Source of the DNA: Sphingobacteriaceae bacterium
Lineage (GTDB): Bacteria > Bacteroidota > Bacteroidia > Sphingobacteriales > Sphingobacteriaceae
Assembly: GCA_947479815.1 (NCBI GenBank)
Contig: CANKAT010000002.1
Span: 4,291-68,290 of the forward strand
Length of the DNA stretch: 64,000 nucleotides
Reading direction: 5' to 3'
This document shows, in pieces, positions 63,289-64,000 of this stretch; within the stretch, counting starts at the first letter, position 1; the number at the start of each line of letters is the position of its first letter. The notes under the pieces were generated by a model. The model saw only the letters and a program-made list of their open reading frames with translations. It was not told the origin of the DNA and searched no databases. The position numbers and the translations under genes are program-made.

Positions 63289-63393
63289 ATCTACCGTCGA
63301 AAGTACAAACTGAATTCCATATCCAAAAATATGTTGTTGAATTTAAAGAAAATGCAATTAATTTATTACACAAATTAATTAAGGCTTCTAGGA

Positions 63394-63490
63394 CGAACCG
63401 GAAATTCCAAAAACAAAAAGCCCTAGATTTCTGTAAGGTCTTGTAATCAGCGCCGGTCCCGATAGCCATCGGGGCGTACCGGAACAGTTT
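63394..63490 (-). repeat. Degenerate tandem copies of the tRNA-Leu(CAA) 3' end, one interrupted by a palindrome
   Basis: CAGCGCCGG (63448-63456) and CGTACCGGAACAGTTT (63475-63490) match tRNA positions 63536-63563; a shorter CGAACCGG copy starts at 63394. Confidence 0.75.
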
Positions 63491-63499
63491 TAAAAAAAC

Positions 63500-63528
63500 A
63501 AAAGGCTCTCAAAAAATGAGAGCCTTTT
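63500..63528 (-). terminator. Terminator after tRNA-Leu(CAA)
   Basis: AAAAGGCTCTCA-AAAAA-TGAGAGCCTTTT. Confidence 0.8.
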
Positions 63529-63531
63529 ACG

Positions 63532-63611
63532 TACCCAGCGCCGGAATCGAACCGGCACAGTTTCCTATCGGTGTTTGAGACCGACGCGTCTACCAGTTCC
63601 GCCAGCTGGGC
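63532..63611 (-). tRNA. tRNA-Leu (anticodon CAA); CCA not encoded
   Basis: GCCCAGC acceptor stem, anticodon arm TCGGT-CTCAAAC-ACCGA, T arm GCCGG-TTCGATT-CCGGC. Confidence 0.96.
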
Positions 63612-63657
63612 ATTTTTTATCTACAATGCGGGATGTTCTGAAGGAATCCCTTCGGGA

Positions 63658-63665
63658 CAAACATA
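63658..63665 (-). promoter_or_regulatory. -7 element TATGTTTG for tRNA-Leu(CAA)
   Basis: Exact consensus 46 nt upstream of the tRNA. Confidence 0.6.
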
Positions 63666-64000
63666 ATAAAATTTTAATAATTTACAGGATTCAGGCTCTG
63701 ATTTTGTTAAGAATTTTCATGCGGTCGGCAGTCTTAATTTAAACATGAAACGAATTATTCAACCCTCATTAAAGGAGTAATGAGAATCCTAATTATTTCA
63801 AAACCCGTAGAGTCGCTACGCTAAACAACTGACAGTTGTGGCCAATGGTCCTTTTGCCAAGTGGCCCGTTCCTATGAAAAACAGCCTCAAGTAAAATAAA
63901 CCTTACCGGAGGAAGTATCTTTCGGCTATTCCTAATTTGAATCAGAACGCAATTTCTTGCCGGAAATACTACGAAGGGAAGGGCTGAAACAGCCTATAAC

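Noticed and set aside
63278..63469. 63-aa minus-strand ORF in the ORF track
   Set aside because: It runs through the tRNA-derived repeat and palindrome, and is most likely spurious
63394..63563. CRISPR array interpretation of the repeats beside tRNA-Leu(CAA)
   Set aside because: The repeats are degenerate tRNA fragments, there are only 2-3 units, and no cas genes are in the window
63700..64000. Possible gene or pseudogene at the right edge
   Set aside because: The frames I translated are interrupted by stops and nothing is recognisable; it needs adjacent sequence and BLASTx

Overview
AT-rich chromosomal segment of a Bacteroidota bacterium, most likely Sphingobacteriaceae (Pedobacter/Daejeonella-like). 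This is inferred from gene content, TAnnTTTG -7 promoter boxes and no obvious Shine-Dalgarno sites. It is mostly core genome: rsmD, coaD, pyrE, clpB, csp, a DEAD-box helicase, an ABC-F, slyD, uvrD, murA, a cystathionine beta-synthase, amn, tig-clpP-clpX and two tRNA-Leu genes. Interspersed are amino-sugar/glycan enzymes (sulfatase, hexosamine-kinase-like, PIG-L, CE4, GH20, GH109, HGSNAT-like), peptidases and an RND efflux operon. I found no CRISPR array, integrase, transposase, prophage or rRNA. Best candidates for something undescribed: (1) an operon pairing an NAD(P)H/FAD oxidoreductase and a membrane polyferredoxin with two GT2s, whose probable GT-C partner sits 7 kb away across an opposite-strand housekeeping block; (2) an amidohydrolase / HGSNAT-like / amidohydrolase / GH109 operon; (3) degenerate tandem copies of the tRNA-Leu(CAA) 3' end, one with a palindrome inserted in the T-loop; (4) a possible regulatory upstream ORF before the RND operon; (5) divergent nudix/pyrE genes whose start codons overlap in one CATG; (6) three phased GACA-N6-CAG boxes plus a sigma54-like promoter before clpB. 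All family assignments come from motif recognition by eye, not database searches.
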